A stretch of 63,925 nucleotides of DNA, filler included, from Octopus bimaculoides (GCF_001194135.2; 7 parts of 6 records of this genome joined end to end with filler, not necessarily neighbours in it); one strand, 5' to 3'. Shown: positions 14,455-28,930, numbered from the whole stretch's first letter. Notes: generated by a model from the sequence alone, not told the origin. Numbers and translations: made by a program.

Positions 14455-14660
14455 AGTGTTTGTCTTCCATCACCGCTTGACAACTGGTGCTGATGTGTTT
14501 ACTTCCCTCTAACTTAGCGGTGCGGCCAAATAACCGATGGAATAAGTACATGTCTTAAAAAGAATAGGTACTGAGGTTGATTCGTTCAACAACATTTTTC
14601 AAGGCGGTGCCCCAGCATGGCCACAATCCAATGACTGAAACAACTAAAAGATTAAAGATA
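14455..14660 (+). mobile_element. SINE family A, 3' half
   Basis: CGCTTGACAAC..AACTTAGCGG..GAATAAGTAC..AAGGCGGTGCCCCAGCATGGCC..ATGACTGAAAC..AAAAGA. Confidence 0.85.
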
Positions 14661-15047
14661 ATATCGTTTCCTACTTACACTCATAAGTTTTTACGAACTG
14701 AAAATATTCAGACCCTTTTCTTAAGTATGCCATCACTTATCTTCTTTATTTAAATCATTATCATTTCTATTTTGAATCTTTTGGGAACAATGAGTTAAAT
14801 GTTATACGTTCAGGAAGCAATAGCGAAAGCCAATCCTCCGCTGACGAAGACAATTCATAAACATTCAAATTTATCTCCCTTGCTTGACCAAAACATAATG
14901 TAAGCTAATATATATATATATATGCAGCTCATCACTGTATTTAACATCTCATGTGATTATTTCTAATCTTGAAATCATTACAAATATTCAGACATTTTTC
15001 TATAACTGTTTAGAAACACTACTATCTAATCTGTTCGCTACTGTCAG

Positions 15048-15052
<5 letters not shown>

Positions 15053-15135
<83 letters not shown>

Positions 15136-15156
15136 ACACACACACACACACACACA
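15053..15156. repeat. (TC)n then (CA)n microsatellite
   Basis: Direct read. Confidence 0.95.
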
Positions 15157-15815
15157 TGAAGGTAACAGCTCTACAAGTTATACTTTCCTTTTTTTTCCTC
15201 ACGACAAAACTAAATTTCATCCACTTCGAAACAATTTACAAACATTTATGTCGATTTATCTCTACGTCTATCACATTATCAGTCACGCACATCAATAGCT
15301 CCTAAACACCCCAAAAAGAATAATAAATAAATAAATAAATAAATAAATAAACTAAAATAAATATAAAAATCATTAAGGTAGACACTTGTCCTCTTGTTGA
15401 ACCTGATTTTATGGTTTACTTGAAGTATTTCGATAAAAGAAAAAAAGTAGTACATAGGTGATAAGGTGTTTGTGTTTTGTGTTTGATGTTTACTAGATAA
15501 GTATTGTACTTAGCAACAAAGAAATACCCTTCTCCACCTCTATCACCTGTATGCTGCTGTTTACGTTTCCCTCCTCCTCCTCCTCCTCCTCCTCCTCAGA
15601 GGTTGGTTGGATAGGTTAAACTGGACTTATTAGATTAGATGTAAAGACTCAGGACACGGTTCTCTCATTTTATTTTCAGAACTAGTGTCTTCCGGGCAAC
15701 ACTATCCAACGTGCATTCCATCATTTTCTTTCTTCTTTTTCTTTTTAGAACAATACACTGTGGTTTAAGGAAAAATTTTGCACCTATCTCTACCAGTTTT
15801 AACGAGCACATAAAG

Positions 15816-17386
15816 CAGGGGCGGGGAAACTTTTGGATCTATTTTAAAACGGGGGCGCCAGTATTTTCTTAACGAAACACTAACGAAACACTTTGAAACT
15901 TGGGACACTGGTAGAATGTGTCATATAAAACATCTTTTACTCTTAGTCTTCTTAACAAAAAAAAGGAATTCGCAAGTTATTCCATGTTAAAGTTGTCGTA
16001 TTTCTCTAATTTCAACCAATCACTGACGTCTATTCAGCTCAATAGAGTTACTGCTGGGCGGTCATAAAAATGTTATTCCCTGTGACATATTTCATCCGGT
16101 TTAATCGTAATTTATACGCATATATTGTTTATATAATAAATTACGCTGTGCGTATCTATGTGTGTAACAATTTTAAAGTTCGGATTCTAGAGTTNNNNNN
16201 NNNNNNNNNNNNNNNNNNNNNNNNNNNNNNNNNNNNNNNNNNNNNNNNNNNNNNNNNNNNNNNNNNNNNNNNNNNNNNNNNNNNNNNNNNNNNNNNNNNN
16301 NNNNNNNNNNNNNNNNNNNNNNNNNNNNNNNNNNNNNNNNNNNNNNNNNNNNNNNNNNNNNNNNNNNNNNNNNNNNNNNNNNNNNNNNNNNNNNNNNNNN
16401 NNNNNNNNNNNNNNNNNNNNNNNNNNNNNNNNNNNNNNNNNNNNNNNNNNNNNNNNNNNNNNNNNNNNNNNNNNNNNNNNNNNNNNNNNNNNNNNNNNNN
16501 NNNNNNNNNNNNNNNNNNNNNNNNNNNNNNNNNNNNNNNNNNNNNNNNNNNNNNNNNNNNNNNNNNNNNNNNNNNNNNNNNNNNNNNNNNNNNNNNNNNN
16601 NNNNNNNNNNNNNNNNNNNNNNNNNNNNNNNNNNNNNNNNNNNNNNNNNNNNNNNNNNNNNNNNNNNNNNNNNNNNNNNNNNNNNNNNNNNNNNNNNNNN
16701 NNNNNNNNNNNNNNNNNNNNNNNNNNNNNNNNNNNNNNNNNNNNNNNNNNNNNNNNNNNNNNNNNNNNNNNNNNNNNNNNNNNNNNNNNNNNNNNNNNNN
16801 NNNNNNNNNNNNNNNNNNNNNNNNNNNNNNNNNNNNNNNNNNNNNNNNNNNNNNNNNNNNNNNNNNNNNNNNNNNNNNNNNNNNNNNNNNNNNNNNNNNN
16901 NNNNNNNNNNNNNNNNNNNNNNNNNNNNNNNNNNNNNNNNNNNNNNNNNNNNNNNNNNNNNNNNNNNNNNNNNNNNNNNNNNNNNNNNNNNNNNNNNNNN
17001 NNNNNNNNNNNNNNNNNNNNNNNNNNNNNNNNNNNNNNNNNNNNNNNNNNNNNNNNNNNNNNNNNNNNNNNNNNNNNNNNNNNNNNNNNNNNNNNNNNNN
17101 NNNNNNNNNNNNNNNNNNNNNNNNNNNNNNNNNNNNTATGTGTTTTATAGTGAAAACAAAATTTTCATTCAAATGGCAATTGCCGGACGATTTCTGTTCG
17201 AGTCTAACCGTTTTAAGTCATAGTGGAAACGCGACCTATGTCGCAAAGAGACATACGAGTATTGTATAAATTTTATAATTGAAAAATTAATTATTTTTTG
17301 TGCATACGAGTATACCAGCCTGCGGGCGCAATAAAATGGGTTCGCGGGCGTAATTTCGCCCTCGGGCGGGGGTTTCCCTACCCCTG
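15816..17386. mobile_element. hAT-like MITE spanning an assembly gap, with a nested MITE
   Basis: TIRs CAGGGGCGGGGAAAC and GTTTCCCTACCCCTG; flanks ACATAAAG and ACACAGAG match 6/8 as a decayed 8-bp TSD. Confidence 0.6.
15853..16060 (+). mobile_element. Arm of the long-TIR MITE family seen at 57501-58281
   Basis: AACGAAACACTTTGAAACTTGGGACACTGGTAGAATGTGTCATATAA..CCAATCACTGACGTCTATTCAGCT matches the reverse complement of 58072-58260. Confidence 0.8.
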
Positions 17387-18149
17387 ACACAGAGCACGCA
17401 GTGGGAAGAATTTTTTATACCAAAGGTCAATTGTAAGTGCGTTAAGAACCTGTAAAGCCGTGTTTGTGCTAAGGAAAATAACGAATCTCTAATTTTATTA
17501 ATTCATAGATTATGCACGCAATTACACTAAGCAACATTAATTAAGAATGCATTAATTAACTAGATTTTTTATAATGCTTTGATTAACCTTATATAAGGGT
17601 TGGGTTATTCAAAGAAACATATTAAATTACTGTTTTAATCCTAATACTTTAAAGCTTAAACCGAAGGACATCGTCAGAGAGTAGTTTGAAATTTAAATAT
17701 TGGTAAACTATAGCCCACGGACCATATGTTCTCCACACTTGACAAAGGGACTTCGGCGTACGTTCAAGACTGAATAGATGAACGGCTGGGAGAAATTGCT
17801 CAGAGAAGTCTTCAATATGGATAAAGATAATTCAGCTGGGTTTGACATATTGCATTGAGTCACGCTAATTTTAATAACTTGAAATTAGTCATGTGAGGAA
17901 TTGTTAAAAAGTAATACCAGTCAAGGGAAGCAATTTCGAAATTCAAATAATTTAAACTTGAATAGAGACATCCTATAAGGTGTGTCTTACCTTTTGACAA
18001 GTACAGTGACTGAACAGTTTAACTTACTCGCGGACTAACTGGTTGCTTAGATGGCTGGCGCCCATGCCTTTGGAGCTTGATAATTTGCCTATCTCTCCTA
18101 GCATATTGTAGTAATCACTGCCCTTTGGATTCCGCACCTCTAGAAGAGG

Positions 18150-18900
18150 GTGGAAGGTGTCTTCTTCGATAAATGCAACCATCACTGTATGCTTCGCAAC
18201 CACGTGGCTTATCTGTAATAATAAATCCATGTATAGTTCCACTGTTGGAGTTGGGATATTTTTCGTGGACAGCCCTAGAAATTGTCGCTCCATAAATTAA
18301 CGCTGCGAGGAGTGCTCGGCTTGAGCAGGTATTGAATAATAAGAAAAAGAGAAAACCTTTGCTGCAATGCACCTAATTAGAGCTCAATATGAATAGAATA
18401 TAACAAAAATCAAAGTGGATGACAGATTTTCGTAGGTCAAATTCCTTTATCATTGGAATACAATAGATTCAAGTTCGGGAATTACAGGAATATGGGTAGC
18501 CCCAATACGAATAGGATTAATAATAACATATAGATAAAGAACGCACAAGGATGAGCAACCGAAATAAAGCCTGCAATTATCGGAACCGCAATTTATGTCC
18601 ATTGGGGGTTCCTGTCTAAGGAAAAACGTGGTATACAAGACTGAGGTTATAACTGCCAATCAGCCCAGGAAAGTATACATAGAAAGTACCACGGATTTCA
18701 AAACGAGATATAGATGACACATCAGCTCATTCTCGAACCCAGGAACAAAAAACGCAACAGCGCTGGTGACATATATTAACAAACTAAAAATACGAGATAA
18801 GGAATTTAGACTAGACTGGTCATAACGGAAACCACCTCATCTAAAACATATACTGGAAGATGTAAGTTATGTACGAAGGAAGCAATTAGTATACTCCGTA
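18150..18900 (+). mobile_element. Penelope-like element fragment (linker plus GIY-YIG), decayed
   Basis: CNYRNRNLCPLG..CLRKNVVYKTEV..KVYIESTTDFKTRY..HISSF..NATALVTYINKLK..LDWS matches the PLE GIY-YIG pattern. Confidence 0.8.
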
Positions 18901-19559
18901 CAGGCAAGAAAATTTTGATTAATAAAATATCGGACGTTATAATTGCATGTGGGCTACATTTAAGTTTTTTTAAAGGTAGAAAGTATAAAATCCGATCTTA
19001 TGAACATCGACTTACTTTAATAAAATAATAATTTCTTCCACTTTGGTTAGATTTGATCAACTTAAAGTTTAAGCGTAAAATTCTTTATATTTTGGCATCT
19101 TAGTAATTCACGGGTTTAGCATCGCTTTCGAACCTACTAACCTTTTATATATAAGTTGTAAATTAACGATCATTGTAAATTGAAAATCACAAATATTAGT
19201 GAATTTTTAGACTGTTCCCACTAAGATTCTGCATATATGGATTCACCTTACTTTCATCATTTACGCTTTTTAATTATCAGCAATCCAACAGTCTTATATG
19301 GTTAACCATGTTTAATCAGAAATTTGAGTCCTCATTTTATATTATTTCATTTTATTTTTACAAATATTATTAATTTCATTTTTATTCGCAAAAATGTTTT
19401 ACTTCTGAACTTTTTCCACTTCACAAAGCCTTTCTATATCATTACGATCTTTTAAAAAATACTATAAAATCTTTTTAGAAATATAACATTATTCGATATG
19501 ACTTCAAGCTTTGTAAGTAGGAGATATTTTAATCTTTCTCAATTCCTAAACTATTTTAA

Positions 19560-19783
19560 TTGATATCTATTTCTCTCGGATGAGAGAAATGCGGCTATTT
19601 GTATCGGCTGGAAAACTCGCCCATTATGAACGTATTCCTCGAAACGATCGTAAGGTTTTATAATACTGCTTTTCTTTGAACTGTAATATTGGAATGCTTG
19701 AAACCTAACAGCTCGATGAATTTTTTATGTATTTTGTATTCCCATGATAAAGGAACTTGACCTACGTAAATCTGTCATCCACT
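19560..19783 (-). mobile_element. Penelope-like fragment inverted relative to 18150-18900
   Basis: About 55 bp is the reverse complement of 18414-18465; the minus frame gives KKFIELLG.KH. Confidence 0.6.
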
Positions 19784-21396
19784 NNNNNNNNNNNNNNNNN
19801 NNNNNNNNNNNNNNNNNNNNNNNNNNNTTAATTAATTAANNNNNNNNNNNNNNNNNNNNNNNNNNNNNNNNNNNNNNNNNNNNTGGCACGTATAAATGAC
19901 GAAGCCAACTTGACCATGATTCTATAAAACGTTTTAAAATTTTGTAAACAGAGAGTTACTTACGTTTCTTGCATAAATAAAAGGAATTTTATTTAACAAA
20001 CTGTGACACTAAGGACCGAGGTTTCGTGGTCTTTTCGTAGGTTTTTCTTTCCACGGATAACCTCCCCATTTATTGGGAATTTTCTGTATTATTTCATATT
20101 TTTTGTAAATACCCCAAACGTTTTACGATGTTCTTTTTCCATCGTTGTCCCCACTTTTGTTTTTTTTCTGCTTTGTTTTCGACCCCCTCGAAAAGAAAAA
20201 CTCTACATTTGTATTTTGTCCCCTCTGTGTTGAGCCCTGTGTGGCTAATAAAGAAACCTATATCTATCTATCTATCTATCTATGTCTATCTATCTATATA
20301 TCTATCTCTATCTATCTATCTATCTATCTTCATCTCACATTGCTCTGCGATCACTTCAACATCTGATGTGTGGTACACCGTGCGCCTGTTCAGACAACGT
20401 CGATTTGATGGAGGGAATGAGCTAATGTACAGCACATTCATTTGATCATTATAAACAAATCATTTGTGTCGTTCGGCAAAAAGCTGAACACTCATACGTC
20501 GTCTTCGAACTCCTGTCGAACGCCACTCATACACGGGAGATAAACAGTTGCAGAGGAGAGTCAACAGTTTCTGTACTTGTTGAAAAACACTCAAATGTCA
20601 TCATGAAAATTATTGAAAAGAGAGGAAATGAGGTCGAACTTGAGAACTTCTTTGAGAAACCAATGATAACTGCCATCATATCCCCAGTTTAATTCAGTTT
20701 AAAATCTGGAAAATGCCTTCTACAGATAAAGGACCTTCTGAATTTTGAAACTTTATAAACTCTTCCAACAATTATGTGGCATACTTCAGACATCAAATAT
20801 ACCTCTCGTGTACACTCTCTCTGCGTGTTTGCCTCTTTCTGTGAATATGAGAGATGTGGAGGAGAGGGTATAAAGAGAATATGTTTGTAGTGTAGAGTAA
20901 TGTTTCACAAACAAAATGTCGATATATCAAAGAATCTAGCCGAAGTAACGCAGTGTCTCGTCTTCACACAACATATAACTGACGTGAATGAGAACAATGA
21001 ACGGGTGAGATGTTTATACATACATATTTAAATATATATACAATATATATGTAATATATATGTATATATGCATATATATANNNNNNNNNNNNNNNNNNNN
21101 NNNNNNNNNNNNNNNNNNNNNNNNNNNNNNNNNNNNNNNNNNNNNNNNNNNNNNNNNNNNNNNNNNNNNNNNNNNNNNNNNNNNNNNNNNNNNNNNNNNN
21201 NNNNNNNNNNNNNNNNNNNNNNNNNNNNNNNNNNNNNNNNNNNNNNNNNNNNNNNNNNNNNNNNNNNNNNNNNNNNNNNNNNNNNNNNNNNNNNNNNNNN
21301 NNNNNNNNNTATATATATATATATATATATGATATATATATTAATATATGATATATATGTATATATATGTATGTATATATATGTATATACATATAT

Positions 21397-21452
<56 letters not shown>

Positions 21453-22139
21453 TATATTGTATATTGTACATTGTATATTGTATATTCAAATATGTAGGCA
21501 CAGACACACATTTGCTTTCTCTGACTTCTAGCTACCATCTTCTCTATTTAGTCGAAGGTATCTATCACTTTATCAGAAGAAAGAGTTTGTCAATAGGGGC
21601 TCCACGATAACATTACAGGGCTCATTATGATCCGCAGGGGTTCTTGGAGTATTTTTCTAACAGAATATTTTGATATACAAACAATTTTCTGCTCTACTTG
21701 TAGCACCTGGGCTCCCTAAAAACATACCAGAGTCTGCGCAATTTCTGTACCAGAACTCTTGCGACTGTGGAAACAAAATAAGGTAGCTATTAGTGGGATC
21801 CTGCAAGTCAGCTATTTTACGCGATCTATTTTTATGTACATAGTATAATTCTACACAGCCCTCGTATGTGTGTAAGTGTGTATCCGTATATATGTATGTG
21901 CGCGCGCGTATATGTGTGTGTGTGTGTGTGTGTATTTAGATATCTGTCATATATTTAATTGTGAGTGCGTGTGTTTGTGCTTATGCACGTGTCTATGCGT
22001 TTTTGTCTTGTGTATGTATACATACACATGTATATAATATATATCTATATATACAGTGCATGTGTGTATGGCTCTATATATATACATGTGTGTGGATATG
22101 TATATATATGTGTGTGTGTGGATACGTATAGATACGTGC

Positions 22140-22178
<39 letters not shown>

Positions 22179-22384
22179 TATATATAACGGAACAAAAACG
22201 CAATAGAAGACACTAAAACATCCGGAGAGATGGACGATACAAAGGCGGACAGGAAAAAAAGACGGGTCAATCATGGCCTTCTTTCGTCAGTCAAGTTACC
22301 AGATGTCCTTACAGTTTCAGGCAGTTACACTTGAGACTGTTTGATCTGGTTGCCCCCAGAAAAGTCTAAGCTAAGAGCATTAGA

Positions 22385-23325
22385 TTTTTTGTAAGTACCA
22401 GTTGAGCATTGAGATCGATGTAATCGACTTACCCTTCCCCTGAAATTACTGACCTTGTACCAAAATTTGAAATCAATAATATTAATTTAAAGTAGCTGAG
22501 CTGCTAGAAATTCGCTGAGTGAAAGTTCTGTGTTAGTTCTATGTATGTATGTATGTATGTATGTACATACATAAATACATAGACATGTGCGCATGTATGC
22601 ATGTACACATATATATACATGTATATATACACAAACACCTAGATAGATAGATAAATAGATAGATAAATATGAATTTTTTAATGTATTTGGAAGGTCCTAT
22701 TGAATGTTCTAGCAAAGCATTTGAAAATAATTACTCTTGTAATTAGGAGTATGTAAATTATGAACAGTAATTAATTACAAATGTTAGATAATTAATTGAT
22801 TAGAATTTTTAATTAGTTAACTGAAAGCTGGGGCATAAAATTCATTAAATTCATATTAATTGTCTCAAGTGTTGACACAAGGCCAGCAATTTCGAGTGGA
22901 GAGGTTTAGTCTGGACGATTTCATTGACTCTACTACTTGACAGATATTTTATTTTATCGACGCCGAAAGAATGAAAGGTAAGGTTGACATCGCTGGGATT
23001 TGAACTCAGAACGTTAAGGCATCAAAGTCAATTATAATATAGTTTCTCAAAACACAGAACTAACACTCGGCGAATTTCTACTAGCTCAACTTCTTTAAAT
23101 TAATATTATCGATTTCAAATTTTGGCACAAGGCCAGCAATTTCGGGGGAAGAGTAAGTTGATTACATCGGTCTCAATCTTCAACTGGTATTTAATTCATC
23201 AACCCAGAAAGTATGAAAGGCAAAGTCGACCTCGGCTGTATTTGAACTCAGAACGTAAAGACGGACGAAATGCCGCTAAGAGTTTTCCCCGGCGGGCTAA
23301 CGATTCTGCCAGCTCTCTGCCTTTC
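22385..23325. mobile_element. Family B SINE copies: 22385-22480 (+, 3' part), 22870-23020 (-), 23110-23325 (-, full)
   Basis: Match to the family B consensus (TAAGTACCAGTTGAGCA..GATGTAATCGACTTACC..GCCTTGTGCCAAAATTTGAAA). Confidence 0.85.
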
Positions 23326-25869
23326 GTCTTAAATTAATATTATTGATTTCTAACACTAAAGCTCACATTTTTAGAAGACGTGGCAATCTTCGATTCCGGT
23401 ACATAACTGGTGCTTATTTTAATTACCCTTGCGAAGAGAAACCTAGGTGGCTTGGTAACTTAGAACATGCAGGGAATATATTAAACACTGTAAAACTTTT
23501 AATGCAAATCAACAAGGTTTCTTCCTACCGCCACACTTCGAATTATTATATGGTACCAGCAATATCTCTAAAATGCCATGTTTTTGTTTTTTTTTTTTGA
23601 NNNNNNNNNNTTTTGGGGGGGGGGGGGGGGGGTTAAACCAGGAAATTGTTGGGACTTTATTTTATTAGATTCAAAGCTCAGTTGAACGGTTACCCTACAT
23701 CGTTTACTTGGTTCCAATCCAGCTATATGCAGTTTTCTGTTATATGAAAATATGTATGCTGCACAGCGTACCACTTTTTGCTACTGGGTGGTCACTTCTT
23801 GTCACCTCCATTCAAGCATTCCCGACTCACTTGTCTCTCCTCTTCCTGCACTCACCACTCAACCTAATCCAGCCTTCTCAGAAACTGAGCCTCTGTAATT
23901 CTGTCTGTGCTTGTTTTCTTCTACAGCCGTTGACTTAAAATTTACCCAACAATCAATCTGAGATCATGTTGTTTTGTCTCTAAAAAACTGAAATGGTATC
24001 AGAATCCCTGAGAACTGCTGAGAGCAATGCAATTAACGTTGATCGCAACGGGAATTAATTCTATATACTTATTCATAAATTGTAATATATACTAATATAA
24101 ATAATCAATATTTGAATTTTAAAGACGGAAAATTCAGGGAAATAACAGAAAGTTAGATTAAACATATTATCGATGTTTCAGGCTCGTGAAGGTCTATTTT
24201 AATCTTGAAGGACATTACAACCAGTAATATTCTAAAAAATTTTCCAATCGACTAGACATCCATTTTTGAAAAAAAAAATTGTCCTTAAATATCTATTTCG
24301 GTCAAAAATTGAATATCCAGAACGCAATTACTTAACACGCCTAGACATTACTGACACATAAGCAGCTGTGGCATTTGTGATGCTAGATATGGTCGGATAC
24401 TTTTGAGAAGGAAAAGGACAGATAAAATAGACAAACAGAAGAACTAACCGACCTATAGACAGAGACAGGTAAATCGTGAAAGAGAGAGAGAGAGAGATAC
24501 ATAATAAATTGATGTTGGAGATTAAGATAGGGTCGAATAAAAATAGCGACATATAACCACAATGAAGCAGGAAATTAAAAATGGGGACATAAAATTATGT
24601 GATAAAGAAGTTATCAAACTCATCAATTCATCAATGGCGATATTACTATCGCTTCATTTCGTCTTTTAAGCGAGAACTCGTTAGATACCAGAAATGAGTA
24701 TGTTGAGGTCGTTGAAAACGTAGACAGGGTTAGTAACCCAGATAGACGTAGTATCTGAAGGTTAGGGGTTGGCCTCTACAGAAGTTATTAAACTGTGAAT
24801 AAAGGTAGAGAAGTAGAAAGGATTGTAAAGGTTGATCCTTTTGTTTGTTTACATATTTAGGAGGGGAACAGAGGAATTGTGTACTTATTCTTTCTGTTTT
24901 GGTTAGAGACTTGTTGTTGATAATGCTAGTGGTGGTGATGGTGCTGCGGGGTGGGGTGGGGTGCTGGTGTTGATGCTGGGGGTGGCGTTGGGATCGTCTT
25001 GGTGGAGATTCTGGTAATTGTGAGAAATAGTGGTGAATTTGGGTTTCGTGAAGATGGGGAAGACAATAATAACGACGACAACGACGATAAAGAGATAAGG
25101 AGGAGGAGGAGGANNNNNNNNNNNNNNNNNNNNNNNNNNNNNNNNNNNNNNNNNNNNNNNNNNNNNNNNNNNNNNNNNNNNNNNNNNNNNNNNNNNNNNN
25201 NNNNNNNNNNNNNNNNNNNNNNNNNNNNNNNNNNNNNNNNNNNNNNNNNNNNNNNNNNNNNNNNNNNNNNNNNNNNNNNNNNNNNNNNNNNNNNNNNNNN
25301 NNNNNNNNNNNNNNNNNNNNNNNNNNNNNNNNNNNNNNNNNNNNNNNNNNNNNNNNNNNNNNNNNNNNNNNNNNNNNNNNNNNNNNNNNNNNNNNNNNNN
25401 NNNNNNNNNNNNNNNNNNNNNNNNNNNNNNNNNNNNNNNNNNNNNNNNNNNNNNNNNNNNNNNNNNNNNNNNNNNNNNNNNNNNNNNNNNNNNNNNNNNN
25501 NNNNNNNNNNNNNNNNNNNNNNNNNNNNNNNNNNNNNNNNNNNNNNNNNNNNNNNNNNNNNNNNNNNNNNNNNNNNNNNNNNNNNNNNNNNNNNNNNNNN
25601 NNNNNNNNNNNNNNNNNNNNNNNNNNNNNNNNNNNNNNNNNNNNNNNNNNNNNNNNNNNNNNNNNNNNNNNNNNNNACATGGAAGTGATTCCATTGGGCA
25701 TTTTTAAAGTTTGGTAAAGTGGTTTTTGTCTTTTTCATTGTTATGTAATTTTACGTTGACGACTAAGTGGTGGCAAGGATGGTTTATCTGCCTTGTATAA
25801 GAACCACGACTGAAAAAAAAGAAGATATTGTCTACGGAAGAACTGCTGTAGTTATATTCTATCTTTAAT

Positions 25870-26125
25870 CTTATACTTGTTTCAGTCATTAGACTGCGGC
25901 CATGCTGGGGCACCATCTTGAAGAATTTTTAGTCGAATGAATTAATCCCAGTACTTATTCTTTTGTAAAGCCTGGTACTTATTCTATCGTTCGCTTTTGC
26001 CGAACGGCTGGTTTACGGGAACGTAAACACACCACCACCGGTTGTCAAGCGGTTATTGGGTGACAAATATAGACACAGACACATAGATACTCGCACGCGT
26101 GCATACACACACACACACACACGCA

Positions 26126-26187
<62 letters not shown>

Positions 26188-26884
26188 NNNNNNNNNNNNN
26201 NNNNNNNNNNNNNNNNNNNNNNNNNNNNNNNNNNNNNNNNNNNNNNNNNNNNNNNNNNNNNNNNNNNNNNNNNNNNNNNNNNNNNNNNNNNNNNNNNNNN
26301 NNNNNNNNNNNNNNNNNNNNNNNNNNNNNNNNNNNNNNNNNNNNNNNNNNNNNNNNNNNNNNNNNNNNNNNNNNNNNNNNNNNNNNNNNNNNNNNNNNNN
26401 NNNNNNNNNNNNNNNNNNNNNNNNNNNNNNNNNNNNNNNNNNNNNNNNNNNNNNNNNNNNNNNNNNNNNNNNNNNNNNNNNNNNNNNNNNNNNNNNNNNN
26501 NNNNNNNNNNNNNNNNNNNNNNNNNNNNNNNNNNNNNNNNNNNNNNNNNNNNNNNNNNNNNNNNNNNNNNNNNNNNNNNNNNNNNNNNNNNNNNNNNNNN
26601 NNNNNNNNNNNNNNNNNNNNNNNNNNNNNNNNNNNNNNNNNNNNNNNNNNNNNNNNNATATATATGTGCGTATATGTGTTTGTCCCCCGCCCCCCCAACA
26701 TCGCTTGAAAACCGATTTTGGTGTGCTTACGGCTCCGTAACTTAGCAGTTCGGCAAAAGAGAACGACAGAATAAGTACTAGGCATCCAAAGAATAAGTCC
26801 TGGGGTCGATTTGCTCGACTAAAGGCGGTGCTCCAGCATGACTACAGTCAAAAGACTGAAACAAGTAAAAGAGTAAAAGAGTAC

Positions 26885-26919
<35 letters not shown>

Positions 26920-27250
26920 TGAAATTTATGATAAACAAAAGGCGAAGAAAGGTGTATGAACAACAAACAGGTGTATTACTTTGACGCTCGGGAAAATAAA
27001 AAATGAAAATGTTCTTTACGTTTCTCGCCTACGCTCTTCAACAGAATAAGAGAAAGTAAAAAAAGAGAGAATGAAAAAATGAAGAAGAATATATACGGCG
27101 AGCTTCTTTCAGTTTCCGACTACCAAATCTACTCACAAGACTTTCGTCGACCCGAGGCTATAGTAGAACACACTTGCCGAAGGTTCCATGCAATGGGATT
27201 TAACCCGGAACCATGTAGTAGGGAAGCAAGCTTCTTACCACACAGCCACA
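25870..27250. mobile_element. Family A SINE halves: 25870-26085 (-, 3'), 26675-26885 (+, 3'), 27096-27250 (-, 5')
   Basis: Matches to the halves of the full copies at 30350 and 40608. Confidence 0.85.
26935..27090 (-). mobile_element. Copy of repeat X carrying a CTGTTGAAGAGCGTAGGC..GAAACGTA hammerhead-like motif
   Basis: The reverse complement matches 33300-33444 and 58411-58500. Confidence 0.65.
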
Positions 27251-28369
27251 TATATTAGCCACATATATTAGCGCCTATATTAGTATGTTCTTGTGAATTT
27301 TTGTGAAATTTATCGGGAATTCTTGCAGTTCAAGGTGTCTATTAATAATCGAGCGTTGTGTCTAACACTTGTGTACTCGATACGTCGTTTTATGTAAGTT
27401 ATGTGGTCATTGAGGTTTAAACAGTTTAGTGTAACGGTAATGGTGAGGAGGATAAAAAGGAAAAGAGGAAGAGGAGAAGGAAGAGGATATGGTGTGAGGA
27501 CCAGTGTAAGTTTAGGACAACGATGATAATGGCAATAATGGTTATGGTTTCGACTCTAAACACCTATCGCTATGTAAGTTGTTTTTCGCTTCAGTAACTT
27601 TATTGATACCAAACCCACTCGCCCTCATCTGTATGTATGATATCATTGCACAGAGACAAACCCCACCAGCGCTTTACACATGACAGTACACACATCTAAA
27701 TGGACGGTTGAATAACGGTATTACTTTAGCAAGGACTAGATGTTGGTAGTAAGAGATATTAAAGAACAGGAAATCGTTTGGCTCTAGAATTTGCAACGGT
27801 AATCACTGAAAGGAGGTGTGAGGTGAACGGTTTAGTTTAGTTGGTGGGCAGTTTGTATCGTTCTTCCGATGATAAGGATAAATTCTTGCGAAGAAACAAA
27901 AATTGCAGAGCTTGGTTAGTACATGAGCAATCTCTAGAGACTGCTGTTTGCAAGTGATGGAAAGAAAAACCATCAGAACAGATCACGCAGCTAAAACCCA
28001 GCCCTCTCCGCAGTGTGTTATGTAACACAAATAAGTTCTTTTCCTGAGTGTAGGAAGGCTTTAGTTTCGTCTATGTGTATATCATTGGACTTATAGATGA
28101 GCGGTGAATCCTCGACAAGGTCTCTTGACTTGTAAGACAGTGCTAACTCTCCCTCAAGATTCATATCTTAAAATGGATGAAGGACACATAAAAATGTGGT
28201 GTTTGATAAAAATGTATCTCGAAAACAACAAAAAGAAAAGACGGGGTAGCCATGGCTGTAATAACATAGGAAGATTACTTCACACGTGAAATGACTTGAT
28301 TTCCTCACGACATCTTGGATTACTGTACATCATTGCAGTTGGTTGATGGTGGCGCATTTATTTCTTCTT

Positions 28370-28528
28370 CAGAAGAAGAAGAAGAACAACAACAACAACA
28401 ACAACAACAACAGCAGCAGCAGCAGCGACAACAACAATAACAACAACAACAACAACAACAATCGAAGCGTTATGGAAAATGTTTTAACATTTCAAGAAAT
28501 TTGAGAAATCTCAAGTCTTTGATATACA

Positions 28529-28626
<98 letters not shown>

Positions 28627-28930
28627 TGTGTGTGTGTGTGTATGTGTGTGTCTGTGTGTGTCTGTGTGTGTATGTATGTATATATTTGTGTGTGTGTATA
28701 TCTATAGATAGATAGATATGTATATACATAAACATACATACATGTACATACCTACGTAGACATCCACCCATCCATCCATATATCCATCCATCCATCCCTC
28801 CATCCCTCCATCCATCCATCCATCCATCCATACATACATACCTAAAACCATCCATCCATACATACATACATACATACACACATACATACACACATGCATA
28901 CACACATACATACGCATATTCATGCATACT
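28370..28930. repeat. Microsatellite block: (GAA)(CAA)(CAG), (TG)n, (CCAT)n, (CATA)n
   Basis: Direct read. Confidence 0.9.

Noticed and set aside
16070-17269. Longest ORFs in the track (300-400 aa, also 24730-25738 and 33409-34490)
   Set aside because: Open only because N runs translate as X.
18027-18321. Minus-strand segment with a good acceptor and GTAAGT donor (ORFs 18024-18293, 18115-18372)
   Set aside because: No frame is open across it, and it is the antisense of a decayed Penelope fragment.
24730-24792. Minus-strand acceptor then FNNFCRGQPLTFRYYVYLGY-stop
   Set aside because: Cannot be phased convincingly with neighbouring candidates and no family is recognised; kept only as a pointer in the 48.7-kb finding.
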